A stretch of 64,000 nucleotides of DNA from Candidatus Aenigmatarchaeota archaeon (GTDB lineage: Archaea; Aenigmatarchaeota; Aenigmatarchaeia; CG10238-14; SCSR01), in assembly GCA_016181005.1 (NCBI GenBank), contig JACPAE010000004.1:5078-69077 (forward strand). The letters are read 5' to 3'. The notes under the pieces were generated by a model. That model was not told the DNA's origin. It made no database searches and saw nothing but the letters and a program-made list of their open reading frames with translations. The translations under genes and the position numbers were made by a program. This document shows positions 28,680-39,183 of the stretch, one piece after another. The stretch's first letter is position 1, and each line of letters starts with the position of its first letter.

Positions 28680-29886
28680 GCCCAAAGAACCAGAGAACAA
28701 CAGGCAAAATGAGAACCCCCATCAGCAGGCTTCTTTTAACTTTTGTCAGCGGTGCGATTAATCCTATTGCTGTTGAGACGGCAAGGATTAGGATTCCATA
28801 AAGCCCGGCAAAGATGATAGTTAGGACAATGAGCGTTGCAATTACTGCGATTGAAAGTTTGTCGTAAGGAAGCCTCTCAATCAAGAACAGACATCTCTTG
28901 CTTAGGAACAGGGTTACAATCGCACCCATACCTGCCGACAAAAGCGCGACGCCAGTCAACAGGAGTAGCTCGTTAAAGCCGAAGCTTTCCACCAACTTCT
29001 CGACAGCGGCCGCCGCACCTGACCTTGTCTTGCCTATGGTGTACAGTGCCGCAAGTGCAAATAAAGCATTTGCAGTGTTTATTCCTCCTAATGAAACTAG
29101 ATACTCCTTATCATCTCTCTTCCTTGTAATTATTTGCACCAGCGTGCCGGCTTGAGCCGAGCCCATGCCTGGAAGTATTCCCACAATGAGCCCGGAGAAA
29201 AATCCTTTTATCGAACCAATTATGGCAACTGATTTCTCCACCACGCCAAAATTCTTGATTTGGGCAACAAGCCTAGTCTTGTCATTCAGGCTGATTAGCA
29301 GCGTGCTTATTCCAAATAATCCGCTGAACAGCGGAAAGAACACGTAATCTGGTTGCACAAGATAACTATTCAACACTACAATCCCTAATATCCCGGACAG
29401 AACAAAAACAACTAATCCCCAGAATTTCTGAACGCCTTTTTCTGTCGCAATCATGACTGTCACGACAGCAAGAAGAATGAAGTGGATGTAATTCTTTATT
29501 ATGCCATACGCATACGGCAGCACTTTCACAAGAACTGGCAGTGTCAAAACAAACAAAAGAACAACTCCAATCCCCCCAACAACACTGAGATAAACCGCCT
29601 CCAAGCCCTTTCCCTCCAACAACAACCTGTGGCCTGGCAGCACTCCCAATGCTGTATCATCTTCAGGCGCTCCAAGGAAGACCGAAGGTATGAAATTCAC
29701 AATCGTGTTGACAACAACCATGGAAATTATGAATGCGATAATTGCATGCAATGGATATGCAGAAAGGAAAGGCAGAGCGCCAAGCATCAGAACTATTATT
29801 GTGTTCGGGTGAATCCCCGGCAACAGCCCAGCGACAACTCCTGCAACGACTCCCAAGGCGATAAAAACAAGTATTTCAAAGAACAT
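28672..29886 (-). CDS. TctA/DUF112-family polytopic membrane protein
   Basis: About 10 TM helices, with repeated GLLPGIHP / GILPGMGSAQA motifs typical of DUF112. Confidence 0.55.
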   Translation of the reverse strand: MFFEILVFIALGVVAGVVAGLLPGIHPNTIIVLMLGALPFLSAYPLHAIIAFIISMVVVNTIVNFIPSVFLGAPEDDTALGVLPGHRLLLEGKGLEAVYLSVVGGIGVVLLFVLTLPVLVKVLPYAYGIIKNYIHFILLAVVTVMIATEKGVQKFWGLVVFVLSGILGIVVLNSYLVQPDYVFFPLFSGLFGISTLLISLNDKTRLVAQIKNFGVVEKSVAIIGSIKGFFSGLIVGILPGMGSAQAGTLVQIITRKRDDKEYLVSLGGINTANALFALAALYTIGKTRSGAAAAVEKLVESFGFNELLLLTGVALLSAGMGAIVTLFLSKRCLFLIERLPYDKLSIAVIATLIVLTIIFAGLYGILILAVSTAIGLIAPLTKVKRSLLMGVLILPVVLWFFGLI

Positions 29887-29887
29887 G

Positions 29888-30241
29888 TCACCGTATCTCT
29901 TTGGGTATTATTTCCAGCTTGCCTTCATAGTTGTCTATTTTTCCAAGAAGGCAGGTGTTATCGCCTTTCTTCAATCCATCGACATTGATTTTGCTAGTGT
30001 TGAACACGATTGCATCTATCTCGCCTGTGTGGTCTTCGAGGATCAGAAAAGTGTGGCCAGTCTTGGAAGTCGACAGGGAGCTTATCTTGCCGCAGACCTG
30101 GACGTTCTTTCCCACGTCATCGAAGGTTATCTTTCCTGTGGGCGTCACAACCGGCTGGACATTCTGCGAAGCGATGTAGATAATAAGCAGTCCCACTAGC
30201 GATGACGCCAAAGCCAGATAAAGCAAAACCTTGTTCTCCAT
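29888..30241 (-). CDS. Membrane-anchored OB-fold protein
   Basis: N-terminal TM, then an OB-like segment VQVCGKISSLSTSKTGHTFLILEDHTGEIDAIVF. Immediately upstream (1-nt gap, same strand) of the DUF112 gene. Confidence 0.5.
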   Translation of the reverse strand: MENKVLLYLALASSLVGLLIIYIASQNVQPVVTPTGKITFDDVGKNVQVCGKISSLSTSKTGHTFLILEDHTGEIDAIVFNTSKINVDGLKKGDNTCLLGKIDNYEGKLEIIPKEIR

Positions 30242-30282
30242 CTCATTTAAAATTGTATTTCTACAATAAAAATTAGTGCATT

Positions 30283-32598
30283 ATGGTAACCAAGAAAGAA
30301 CTTCTATCTGAATTCCAAAAGTCTGCCAGCAAGCACTGGAAGTTCCAGCTATTCGAGGACGAGGGGTTTACTAGGAAAGTATGTGCATCTTGCAGGAAGG
30401 GATTCTGGAGTTTGACCGACAGGGATAAATGTCCTGACCCGGGCTGTGGGGAGGAATACGGGTTTCTCGGCAAGCCTCTGACAAAAAAATCCTGGGACTA
30501 TATAGAAACATGGAAGCTGTTCGAGAAATTCTTCACCAAGCATGACCACGCTTCGATAAAGCGCTATCCTGTAGTCGCAAGATGGAGGGACGACTTGTTC
30601 TTCAACATCGCTTCAATAGTCGATTTCCAAAGGTTCGACAACGGCGTGATGAGCTTTGATTATCCTGCAAATCCTCTCATAGTTCCGCAGATGTGCCTGA
30701 GGTTCGCGGACATACAGAATGTCGGGATAACAGGCCGGCACCACACTTGCTTTATGATGCCGGGCCAGCATGCATTCAATCCTCCGAAGGAAGGATACTG
30801 GAAGGATGAGTGCATCCAGCTAAATTTCGATTTTCTGACAAAGGAAATGGGAATACCGAAAAGGGAATTGGTTTATGTGGAGGACTTGTGGACCATGCCG
30901 GATTTTTCTGCACTAGGGCCGTACATCGAGACATTCTCCCGCGGCCTGGAGCTTGTCAATTCGGGTTTCATGAATTTCGGCTATGTGAACAATTCTATCA
31001 AGGAACTGCCGATGAAAGCCGTGGACGTCGGATGGGGATTGGAGAGATTAGTCTGGTTTTCAAACGGAACGCCCACGGGATACGAAGCTGTTTTCGGTTC
31101 TGTGCTGGACAAGGTGAAGAAGGCATGCAGCATTGAATATGACAAGGAGCTTTTCTTGAGATACTCAAGAATCGCCGGCTCGTTGAACTTAGACGAGGTT
31201 CCGGATATAATGAAGGCGCGCGAAAATGTAGCCAAAAAGCTTAATGTTCCTGTTGATGTATTGGAAAAAAAGATTGCGCCTTTGGAGGCAATTTATGCCA
31301 TCTGCGACCATTCCAGGACTTTATCATTTGCAATTTCAGATGGTGCGCTTCCGTCGAATGTCGGTGGGGGCTATAATTTGCGCGTAATACTGCGGAGAGC
31401 GTTAGGCTTTATAGAAAAATTCAAGTGGGATTTGAAGCTTGAGGACATTGCAGTCTGGCATGGAGAATATCTGAAAAAACTTTTCCCGGAATTGAAAGAG
31501 AACAGCGATAACATTACCAAGATACTGCAGGTTGAGGAAAAGAGGTACAAACAGTCTATCGAGAGGTCGAAGAAGATAATCGAATCTTTCGCGACTAGAA
31601 AAATTAAAGAAGAAGACTTGGTCAAGCTGTACGATTCAGAAGGAATAACTCCCGAGCAGCTTGCAATTGAAGTACCTCCGGACTTTTACCAGAAGGTAAC
31701 TGAAAGGCACATGGGACATAAAGTAGAAGAGAAGAAATTCCCATTCGACGTCAGTAAATTATCAGCAACAAAAATTTTGTATTATGACAAGCCGGAGATT
31801 TTTGAATTCAAAGCAGGAGTCGTGAAAACTTTCGACAGTTTTGTCATACTTGATCAAACGGCATTTTATCCGACGTCAGGCGGCCAGATGCACGACACAG
31901 GGTATCTGAATGATGCGAGGGTCGTTGACGTGTTCAAGATAGGTAATGTCATTATACATAAAGTTGAAGGAAAGGTTGGTGCTAAAGTTTCAGCCAAGGT
32001 CGACAAGGAAAGAAGGGACAAGTTGAGAAGGCACCATGATGCCATACACATAATCAACGGAGTTGTCAAGAAAGTCATAGGTTCATGGTGCCACCAGTAC
32101 GGTGCAGAGAAGGATGTCGACAAGGCAAGAATCGATATAACCCATTACGAGGCTTTAACGGACAAACAGATGGAAGAAATAGAGGATGCAGCAAATAAAG
32201 TTGTTCAGAAGAACTTGAAAATAACAAAGATAGTGACAAGCCGTAGCAGTGCAGAAAAGAAGTATGGGTTTGACATTTATGCAGGCGGCTATGTGCCGTC
32301 AAAGGACGTGAGAATAGTTACAATAAGCGGGCACGACACAGAGGCATGCGGCGGCACCCATGATGATTCTACAGGTGATGCAGGCCCGATACTCATAATT
32401 AAAACAAAGCGTATTGCAGACGGTTTGGTAAGAATAGAAATTAAAGCCGGTGATGTTGCTTTAGGCTATCTCAGAGAAAAAGAGAAATTGTTAAAGGAAG
32501 TCGCAGAAAAATTAAAAGTCAAGGAAGACAATGTCCCGGATGCTGTGGAAAAACTTTTTGAAACTTGGAAGAGGAAAAAGAAGGCGATTAAGAAATGA
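30283..32598 (+). CDS. alaS: Alanyl-tRNA synthetase, short form lacking the C-terminal DHHA1/C-Ala domain
   Basis: Archaeal N-terminus with CASCRKGFWS. Editing-site motifs HHDAIHII and GHDTEACGGTH. 771 aa. Confidence 0.9.
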   Translation: MVTKKELLSEFQKSASKHWKFQLFEDEGFTRKVCASCRKGFWSLTDRDKCPDPGCGEEYGFLGKPLTKKSWDYIETWKLFEKFFTKHDHASIKRYPVVARWRDDLFFNIASIVDFQRFDNGVMSFDYPANPLIVPQMCLRFADIQNVGITGRHHTCFMMPGQHAFNPPKEGYWKDECIQLNFDFLTKEMGIPKRELVYVEDLWTMPDFSALGPYIETFSRGLELVNSGFMNFGYVNNSIKELPMKAVDVGWGLERLVWFSNGTPTGYEAVFGSVLDKVKKACSIEYDKELFLRYSRIAGSLNLDEVPDIMKARENVAKKLNVPVDVLEKKIAPLEAIYAICDHSRTLSFAISDGALPSNVGGGYNLRVILRRALGFIEKFKWDLKLEDIAVWHGEYLKKLFPELKENSDNITKILQVEEKRYKQSIERSKKIIESFATRKIKEEDLVKLYDSEGITPEQLAIEVPPDFYQKVTERHMGHKVEEKKFPFDVSKLSATKILYYDKPEIFEFKAGVVKTFDSFVILDQTAFYPTSGGQMHDTGYLNDARVVDVFKIGNVIIHKVEGKVGAKVSAKVDKERRDKLRRHHDAIHIINGVVKKVIGSWCHQYGAEKDVDKARIDITHYEALTDKQMEEIEDAANKVVQKNLKITKIVTSRSSAEKKYGFDIYAGGYVPSKDVRIVTISGHDTEACGGTHDDSTGDAGPILIIKTKRIADGLVRIEIKAGDVALGYLREKEKLLKEVAEKLKVKEDNVPDAVEKLFETWKRKKKAIKK

Positions 32599-32735
32599 GG
32601 AAGAAGGAATGGGAATCACTGAAGAGAAAGGAAAAGATTCTGAAAAAGGCAGCAGAAATACTTCGCGTTGAAGAGAAGGATTTGCCAAGAGTTATAGACA
32701 GGTTTATGAAAGAGGTTGAGGAGATGGAGGGTTAG
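32595..32735 (+). CDS. 46-aa ORF overlapping the alaS stop (possible remnant of the AlaRS C-terminal linker)
   Basis: Hand-translated: MRKKEWESLKRKEKILKKAAEILRVEEKDLPRVIDRFMKEVEEMEG. Its ATG overlaps the alaS TGA (AAATGAGG). Confidence 0.3.
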   Translation: MRKKEWESLKRKEKILKKAAEILRVEEKDLPRVIDRFMKEVEEMEG

Positions 32736-33198
32736 TTTTACCTTTCTGATATTCGTCAGCCATCTTAACTTCGATTTCCGCAAGTTCCTTAAGCAGTTCC
32801 GAGTACGCCGTCTTCAAATCAGCTTCCGACAGTTCCTGCTGGTAATATCTTTCCTTCAGCTTTGCTATAACTGATTTAATATCCTCCTCACGTCTCTTCA
32901 GACCAGCCATTTCTGTGTTCTTCTCGTAGAACACCCATACCACTCCAATTGAAAGAAAAACTGAGCCCAACGCTACAGTAGCTAGAACAAGTGGAGAAGT
33001 CACAAGCTCCACCCACACTCTGAACAAGTAAGACAATCCTATCAAGTTCAGTCCGAGCGCTAGAGTGAAAAGGCTGAAAGACACACCCCTACTCTTTGCC
33101 AACGTCTTACCGAAATAAAAAACAGTATAGGTCGCCACTGTAAGGCCGACAAATGCAATGGTGTTGACCAGATTAGAATAGCTCAGTTCAATTGCCAT
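32704..33198 (-). CDS. Membrane protein (3-4 TM) with a C-terminal coiled coil
   Basis: Hydrophobic N-terminal 100 aa, then a charged helical tail. Confidence 0.45.
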   Translation of the reverse strand: MAIELSYSNLVNTIAFVGLTVATYTVFYFGKTLAKSRGVSFSLFTLALGLNLIGLSYLFRVWVELVTSPLVLATVALGSVFLSIGVVWVFYEKNTEMAGLKRREEDIKSVIAKLKERYYQQELSEADLKTAYSELLKELAEIEVKMADEYQKGKTNPPSPQPLS

Positions 33199-33217
33199 AA
33201 ATATACTATGGTTTTAA

Positions 33218-33658
33218 TTATTTTAGAAGCGCGCACTCAGCAGGCGGCGAGACCATAAGCAGGCACAAGGCAGATGTTATCTGCTGGTCTGTCGGTTCCA
33301 TTAATTCTTTGCTGCCGTAAAAGCTTGTCATAGTCAGCCTGGACTGGTTCAAGCTCTCGTCCAGAATCTCCTCCAGGAAAACCTGCTGTTCGTATTGCTT
33401 TGCTATAGACTCCAACGTGAACTTTTGATTAAAGCAGTTTTCGCAGATAGAGCTATACTCAAATGTTATAACCGTCGCACCATTCTGGAGGAAGGCTTCT
33501 CTTACGCTACGATCCAGCCTGTAGTCTATTATGTTGGATTTGGGCAGCTCCACCCTTGGATAAACTGCCTGAAGGACGGCAAAAGCAAACGTGGACAATA
33601 TCATGACCGCTATAAGGAACAGGCCGATAAGCGACGATTTGTTAATCCTTTTCAACAT
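33218..33658 (-). CDS. Membrane-anchored protein with a CxxC motif (thioredoxin-like?)
   Basis: N-terminal TM. FEYSSICENCFNQ motif. Confidence 0.4.
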   Translation of the reverse strand: MLKRINKSSLIGLFLIAVMILSTFAFAVLQAVYPRVELPKSNIIDYRLDRSVREAFLQNGATVITFEYSSICENCFNQKFTLESIAKQYEQQVFLEEILDESLNQSRLTMTSFYGSKELMEPTDQQITSALCLLMVSPPAECALLK

Positions 33659-33702
33659 AGTGACTATTAATTTTTAATTCTACTATTTATTTAAGGTGTG
33701 GC

Positions 33703-34497
33703 ATGGTACTGGAAACGCTGGTTTCAATAAGGGAGGCTGTAAAGCATCCTATATGGATGTTCTTCATAGGCGCTTTCGTCTCTTTGATAAGCTTGTTCAT
33801 GGCATTCGTTGTTTTTCCCGAGTCGACAGGACTGTTCACAACAATTTTCATCACGTTTGCGATGACACCCTTCATGGTAAACCTCCTGGCATACGAGGCC
33901 TTCGTGACTGAATACGAAGTAAAAAAACGCATGAAGCAGAGCTTCTTCGACAGGTACAAGGAGACGCTTGCAGTATACGTTGCATTCTTCACGGGAATGA
34001 TACTCGCACTCTCGATAGTATTTATTTTCCTTCCAGAGGCCACAGTCAATAACCTTTTTCAAGACCAAATAACGGAAATCCGCTTGATTCGCGGAAGCTT
34101 CCTTTTCCAAAGTACCTTCTTGAAAATCCTGATGAATAACGTAGGGGTTTTGACTTTGTCTGTGATGTTCGCGTTCATTTTCGGCTCCGGCGCAATATTT
34201 ATTCTCTCATGGAATGCGTCAGTCTTGTCCACAGCCATAGGTCTGACAGCAAAATCTCTCGGTGGATTGCACGGGGTGCCAGTGGCTCTGGCGACTTACA
34301 TGCCGCATGGCGTGTTTGAGATTGCAGCCTATTTCTTGGGAGGAATCGCAGGCGGGATTCTCTCTGCAGCATTAATGAAAAGAAAAACAGAATTGTTCAA
34401 CGTCATAATCAAAGACAGCCTCAGGGTAGTCGCCATCGCTGTCGTTTTGCTTTTCATGGGAGCCTTTATAGAGTCTTTCCTAATAGTTTCCGCTTGA
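33703..34497 (+). CDS. SpoIIM/DUF95-family membrane protein
   Basis: YMPHGVFEIAAYFLGGIAGG motif and 5-6 TM helices. Confidence 0.55.
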   Translation: MVLETLVSIREAVKHPIWMFFIGAFVSLISLFMAFVVFPESTGLFTTIFITFAMTPFMVNLLAYEAFVTEYEVKKRMKQSFFDRYKETLAVYVAFFTGMILALSIVFIFLPEATVNNLFQDQITEIRLIRGSFLFQSTFLKILMNNVGVLTLSVMFAFIFGSGAIFILSWNASVLSTAIGLTAKSLGGLHGVPVALATYMPHGVFEIAAYFLGGIAGGILSAALMKRKTELFNVIIKDSLRVVAIAVVLLFMGAFIESFLIVSA

Positions 34498-37188
34498 TTA
34501 CTCCAGATATATAGCAGGCTTGCCGTATTTCGCCTTTGGTGACTTGTTCTGCGGATCGTACTTGTTCTTGTCGGAAGCCTTGTGGACGACCAGCTTTTCA
34601 AATCCGAACAAATGCTTAAGGTATGTTGCAGATTCTTCAAAGTATTCAACTTCCTTGTCTGTCACGAAGTAGAGGTACGCGTTCTTTTTCTTGCCCGCCA
34701 GCTTTAAGATATTGTTAATGTCCTCATGCGTTTTCTTGAAAATATTTTCGAGCTCCACTACTTTGGCGTCAATCCTACTTTTGTCAAACTCCGGCCACTT
34801 GCTCACAGCTATGAAATCCTTGTTGCCCAGCCTGCTCCAAAGCTCCTCGCTTATGTGCGACGTAAACGGTGCAATCAACTTAAGCGCGGTAGACAGGCAT
34901 GCTCCCAACACAGTGCGGTTGCAATGCTCTATTCCTCCGCACCTGTCAATGTAGTGCCGCATCTCGTTCAACAACTGGAACATGCTGTACTGTGCACCAG
35001 ACCTGAACTTCATAACCTCGTAGTTCTCCGTCGCACCTTTGACGCTTTCCTGCATAACCGACGTCATGTAAATGTCCAAAGCGTTTGTTGTTTGCCTTTC
35101 CGCTTTTTTGAAATCATCCACAACAGCCTCCAGAAATTTCAGCCTTGAAGAAAATGTCTTTAGAGAGTCTTCTCTCCAATCAGCGTCATCCATATTCTCA
35201 TTGGATGTAGCTATGTTTATTCTTACCAAATCTGCTCCATGCTGTGCAACCAATTCCTTCAACGGTATAATGTTGCCCTTGGACTTGGCCATCTTTTCTC
35301 CGCTTACCGTTACAAAGCCGTTGATACCATACGACTTTGGCCAATACTTTGGGTTATCCCATATGGCTACATGGTGGAACAAGGCATATGTCAAGTGGTT
35401 CTGCACAAGCTCCTTTGCAGAGTTTCTCATGTCGACAGGATAGAAATATTCAAATTCTTCCTTCATAGCCTCAATTGTTTTTTCATCAATACCAGAGTTC
35501 TTGGCGACTTGTTTCAACTCACCTTTGCCGAGGAAGACATAGTCGAAAACCTCATCGGTCAAGTTTTCCGCAGAAATCTTGTCCGCGTTTATAATTCCTG
35601 CTATTGTGTAGTAAGCCATGTAAATAACAGAATCGCTTAGAGTCTCCACGATCCATTCTTTGTCCCATGGGAGCCTCGTGCCTAGGCCGCTTTTCCTTGC
35701 ACACGCCTTGTCGTCCAGCCAGTCCACAGTATTGAGGAACTGCATACGCGACCCTTCGGGATAGAATTTCATCTGCGCGATGCATCGCTTTACTTTTTCC
35801 TTCCAGTCCTTGTCCGAGAATTTCAAAAACCACTGGTTCTCCAGAATCTTTACGTGGCACCTGTTTGTACACCTGCAGACTACAATATTGCTAGGATCCC
35901 ACATTTTGTCGGCGGAATTCCGCTTTACAAAATCATCAGTGAGAGCATCTTTTATTTCAGAAACTTTCTTCCCAGAAAACTTGCCAGCAATTTCGCGAGT
36001 GACGCCCGTATGATACTCCTTTTTGTAAAGCTGAGAAGTCGCCTCATCAAGTTTATCAGTTTCTGATGCCGACTTGATGCCCATCTTTTCTGATATGTCC
36101 ACTGCGGGATGTTCGCCAAAACCATCAACTTTTATCACCGAGATCGGCTCTATTTTCTTAACGTCTGCAATGCCTATCCCGTATTTCTTCAGCATTAGAG
36201 TGTTCTTCTTCAACTCTTCCAGCGCAACATAGTCATATGGTGCATGTGCCGGCACCGACATCACAACGCCCGTTGCAGTCGCGGCGTCTACAAAATCACC
36301 AGGAAGAATAATAATTTCCGCGTCTGTCAAAGGATTGCGGGCATACTTGCCTATAAGCTCTTTTACCGAAACGCTGCCCGTAATTGTAATATCCCTTAAC
36401 TGGTCCTTAAATTTCTCAACCGCTTCTTTACTTATAATCCAAGTCTCTTTGCCGACTTGCGCCTTCACGTATTCAGCATTGGGGTTTATCCAAAGGTTGG
36501 TAACGCCGTAAATCGTTTCAGGCCTCAATGTGGCGCATGGCACTATCCTGTCGCCAATCTGGAACTTTAACAAAATAAACTCAGTCGGACTTTCACCTTC
36601 CCCCTCCAGCCTGTCATGGTCTCCTGTTGGAGACTGGTCATGCGGACACCATATCACAGGATGCGTTCCCTGAATCACATAGCCTTTCTTCCTTAGAGTG
36701 TTATACTGCCATTCTATAAACCTGTTGAAGGCAGGGTCAATCGCAGTCACAAACTTCCTTCTCCAATCGACCGAGAATCCCATGAGCTTGGACGATTCGA
36801 TTATTTTTTCCATCCAGAACCTTGCCGCAAACTCCGGCCCCTCCTTCTTGAAATTCTCCAAATCCGTGTCTGTCGCACCGTACATCTTGAGAGTTTCTAT
36901 CTGGCTTTGGTCGTTCTTTTTCAGTCTTTCAATCGCTCCTAAAATTGGTTCTCCTGTCGCGTGGAATCCTTCAGCAAGCAGTGTATTAAACCCTTGCATC
37001 CGCTTGAACCTTGCATAAGCATCTATTCTCGTATAGGTAAAGGAATGTCCGATATGAATGTTGCCATTGACATAGGGAATGATTATAGATGTGAAGAATT
37101 TCTTTTTCTTTGGATCTATGTTAGCTTGAAATATTTCAGAGTCCGCCCAAGCGGCTTGCCACTTCTTATCGATTTTCGCAAAATCCAT
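34498..37188 (-). CDS. leuS: Leucyl-tRNA synthetase
   Basis: HIGH-type PYVNGNIHIGHSFTY, KMAKSKGN. 896 aa archaeal-type LeuRS. Confidence 0.95.
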   Translation of the reverse strand: MDFAKIDKKWQAAWADSEIFQANIDPKKKKFFTSIIIPYVNGNIHIGHSFTYTRIDAYARFKRMQGFNTLLAEGFHATGEPILGAIERLKKNDQSQIETLKMYGATDTDLENFKKEGPEFAARFWMEKIIESSKLMGFSVDWRRKFVTAIDPAFNRFIEWQYNTLRKKGYVIQGTHPVIWCPHDQSPTGDHDRLEGEGESPTEFILLKFQIGDRIVPCATLRPETIYGVTNLWINPNAEYVKAQVGKETWIISKEAVEKFKDQLRDITITGSVSVKELIGKYARNPLTDAEIIILPGDFVDAATATGVVMSVPAHAPYDYVALEELKKNTLMLKKYGIGIADVKKIEPISVIKVDGFGEHPAVDISEKMGIKSASETDKLDEATSQLYKKEYHTGVTREIAGKFSGKKVSEIKDALTDDFVKRNSADKMWDPSNIVVCRCTNRCHVKILENQWFLKFSDKDWKEKVKRCIAQMKFYPEGSRMQFLNTVDWLDDKACARKSGLGTRLPWDKEWIVETLSDSVIYMAYYTIAGIINADKISAENLTDEVFDYVFLGKGELKQVAKNSGIDEKTIEAMKEEFEYFYPVDMRNSAKELVQNHLTYALFHHVAIWDNPKYWPKSYGINGFVTVSGEKMAKSKGNIIPLKELVAQHGADLVRINIATSNENMDDADWREDSLKTFSSRLKFLEAVVDDFKKAERQTTNALDIYMTSVMQESVKGATENYEVMKFRSGAQYSMFQLLNEMRHYIDRCGGIEHCNRTVLGACLSTALKLIAPFTSHISEELWSRLGNKDFIAVSKWPEFDKSRIDAKVVELENIFKKTHEDINNILKLAGKKKNAYLYFVTDKEVEYFEESATYLKHLFGFEKLVVHKASDKNKYDPQNKSPKAKYGKPAIYLE

Positions 37189-37286
37189 AATAACACTACG
37201 CTCTATAATGTTTTATCTTCTCCGGTTATTTGAAAAGACGGCCCCCAAACTATAATTAATTCCCTGCTGTTCGCAATTTATAAATC

Positions 37287-38582
37287 TTACCTGAAGAATT
37301 CTTGATGGATTGCCGCTACGGCTTCTTGGCTATGTTTCGAATCCACCATTATCCCAATAAATTTCGAATTAGGGCTGCTTACATCTGGATCGTATGTCCT
37401 GGATATGTTTATGTTTTTCAGGGAGCGATAGGCACGATTGGCTATGCCTTCCTTCCCACTCATTCCGGATCCAACAACGCCTATGTAGGCTACTTCGTCT
37501 TCATACGCAACTTCCAAGTCGCCCCTCGTTTCAGCATTTCGGACAAAAGCCTTGCCTAATTCCAAGCCCCTTTCAGGCAACCCTATTCCCATTTCTCCAG
37601 GCATGCCTCCTAAAAGAAACCAGTCCACTGAAGAATTTCTGTAGAGTTCATTGACCAATCCCCTCCAATCGCCTTTTATACCATATCTTGCGACAGGCCT
37701 GGCTGCGATAAACCTTACCGTCTGCTCTCTTGCGGCGGGATTAATTCTTGTTTTTCTAGAGTTCATCATCTTATCTGTTATAAAAACTTGAGCTTGGGGA
37801 TGTTCCCCGAAGAATCTTCCAAGCGGTTCTATTGATCTGTAGGTTCTCAGTCTGGCACCGAAAAATCCGGCCGCCCAAGCCTCGTCCAGGTCAATCTCAT
37901 TTACTAGTCGGGAATTACCAATTGGCGCTGTAGTAAGGGCGTCTTCAGCAACGACCCATACGGAGTTAGCACCAAACATATAAGCATATACAAATGCTGC
38001 AGTGTCGCCTCCACCTCTACCAAGTGTTCTAACAGCACCGCTTTTAGATGCGCCCACATATCCAGGTAGAACTAAAGCACCATTCTTTGATTTGAAATAA
38101 TTATCTGCATCCACATGGTTCATATCGACACTTAGGGATCCTCGATCTTCGGTGACTCTTAAAGGAAAGTCTTTGTCAGTCACGTCAACAAGCGTAGAGT
38201 CTATACCGCTCTGATTCAGATAAACAGATATTAAATATGCCGCTAAGCGATCTCCAGCCGAGAGCTGGAGCTCATTAATGATATTGCTTTTGGTTTGTAG
38301 ATACGCGTCAAGATATAGATCAAAATCTCTGCAGAAAGCATCAAACCTCTTGGTCAATTCCGGACTGCTGACCTGTTCCACAATACCATCGTAGCAGGCG
38401 AAAACTTGCCTAGCATTATTGTCGCCAAAATAAAGCGCGTTTGCTATTCTGTCTGTAGTATCTTCTAGGGCAGTAGGGACAAGTACGGTAGGTTCATTGA
38501 AATCTTTTACCCGTTTCGCGATTCTATCGAGGTCGTCCAATCCTCTGATAGAGGTCGAGCCATATTTCACTACGTTTACCAT
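37287..38582 (-). CDS. Divergent aspartate kinase-like protein (amino-acid-kinase fold plus ACT-like C-terminus)
   Basis: VVKYGSTSI N-terminus, GRGGGDTAAFVYA, C-terminal ACT-like repeats. Confidence 0.55.
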   Translation of the reverse strand: MVNVVKYGSTSIRGLDDLDRIAKRVKDFNEPTVLVPTALEDTTDRIANALYFGDNNARQVFACYDGIVEQVSSPELTKRFDAFCRDFDLYLDAYLQTKSNIINELQLSAGDRLAAYLISVYLNQSGIDSTLVDVTDKDFPLRVTEDRGSLSVDMNHVDADNYFKSKNGALVLPGYVGASKSGAVRTLGRGGGDTAAFVYAYMFGANSVWVVAEDALTTAPIGNSRLVNEIDLDEAWAAGFFGARLRTYRSIEPLGRFFGEHPQAQVFITDKMMNSRKTRINPAAREQTVRFIAARPVARYGIKGDWRGLVNELYRNSSVDWFLLGGMPGEMGIGLPERGLELGKAFVRNAETRGDLEVAYEDEVAYIGVVGSGMSGKEGIANRAYRSLKNINISRTYDPDVSSPNSKFIGIMVDSKHSQEAVAAIHQEFFR

Positions 38583-38613
38583 TTACCATACTTTACCAAA
38601 AATCTATAAAAGG

Positions 38614-39147
38614 TTATTGTTTATTCTGATGTGGTGGATTTGTGTTAGTTTGCGACGGTAACTGCGTCTTCATTTCCTTAACCTTCTCCACCTCCGTTAT
38701 CTTCTGCTGTATGAAAGCAATGGCACGCTTGATGTCGTCAAGGTCTTTTTGTATGTCCTCAACTTCCTCCACGGCTTCCTGCTCCTCCTGCGCCTCTTCA
38801 AGCTCCTTGTAAGTATCTATCAACGCCTGCCTGTTCTGCGTTATCATGATGAAAGTTGCAAGGAAGATGGCCTCAAGCGAGACAACCATGGTCAAAAGCC
38901 CGAATGGGAACGGGTCAAAGATCGGCACGTACGGCAGAAGTCCCCCGCGATTCGCAATTATCCAGAGCCCGAACCAGATAATGTGCACATAAACGAAGAA
39001 CATGCTGCCAGCGAAAGTAGTTATTGCCTGAGCCAACTGCCCTTCAAAAGAATGAAGCTTCTTCAATAACTGCTCGGGAGTTATCTCCTTTGGAAAAGAA
39101 AATGGGAAAAGTATATCTATAATTGCCCTTTTCGCCCTTTTCACCAT
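38614..39147 (-). CDS. DUF1003-family membrane protein
   Basis: FAGSMFFVYVHIIWFGLWIIAN...FDPFPFGLLTMVVSLEAIFLATFIMITQNRQ signature. Confidence 0.6.
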   Translation of the reverse strand: MVKRAKRAIIDILFPFSFPKEITPEQLLKKLHSFEGQLAQAITTFAGSMFFVYVHIIWFGLWIIANRGGLLPYVPIFDPFPFGLLTMVVSLEAIFLATFIMITQNRQALIDTYKELEEAQEEQEAVEEVEDIQKDLDDIKRAIAFIQQKITEVEKVKEMKTQLPSQTNTNPPHQNKQ

Positions 39148-39183
39148 ATAATCAATTTAAATCTATAAATAATATTTGTCTTA

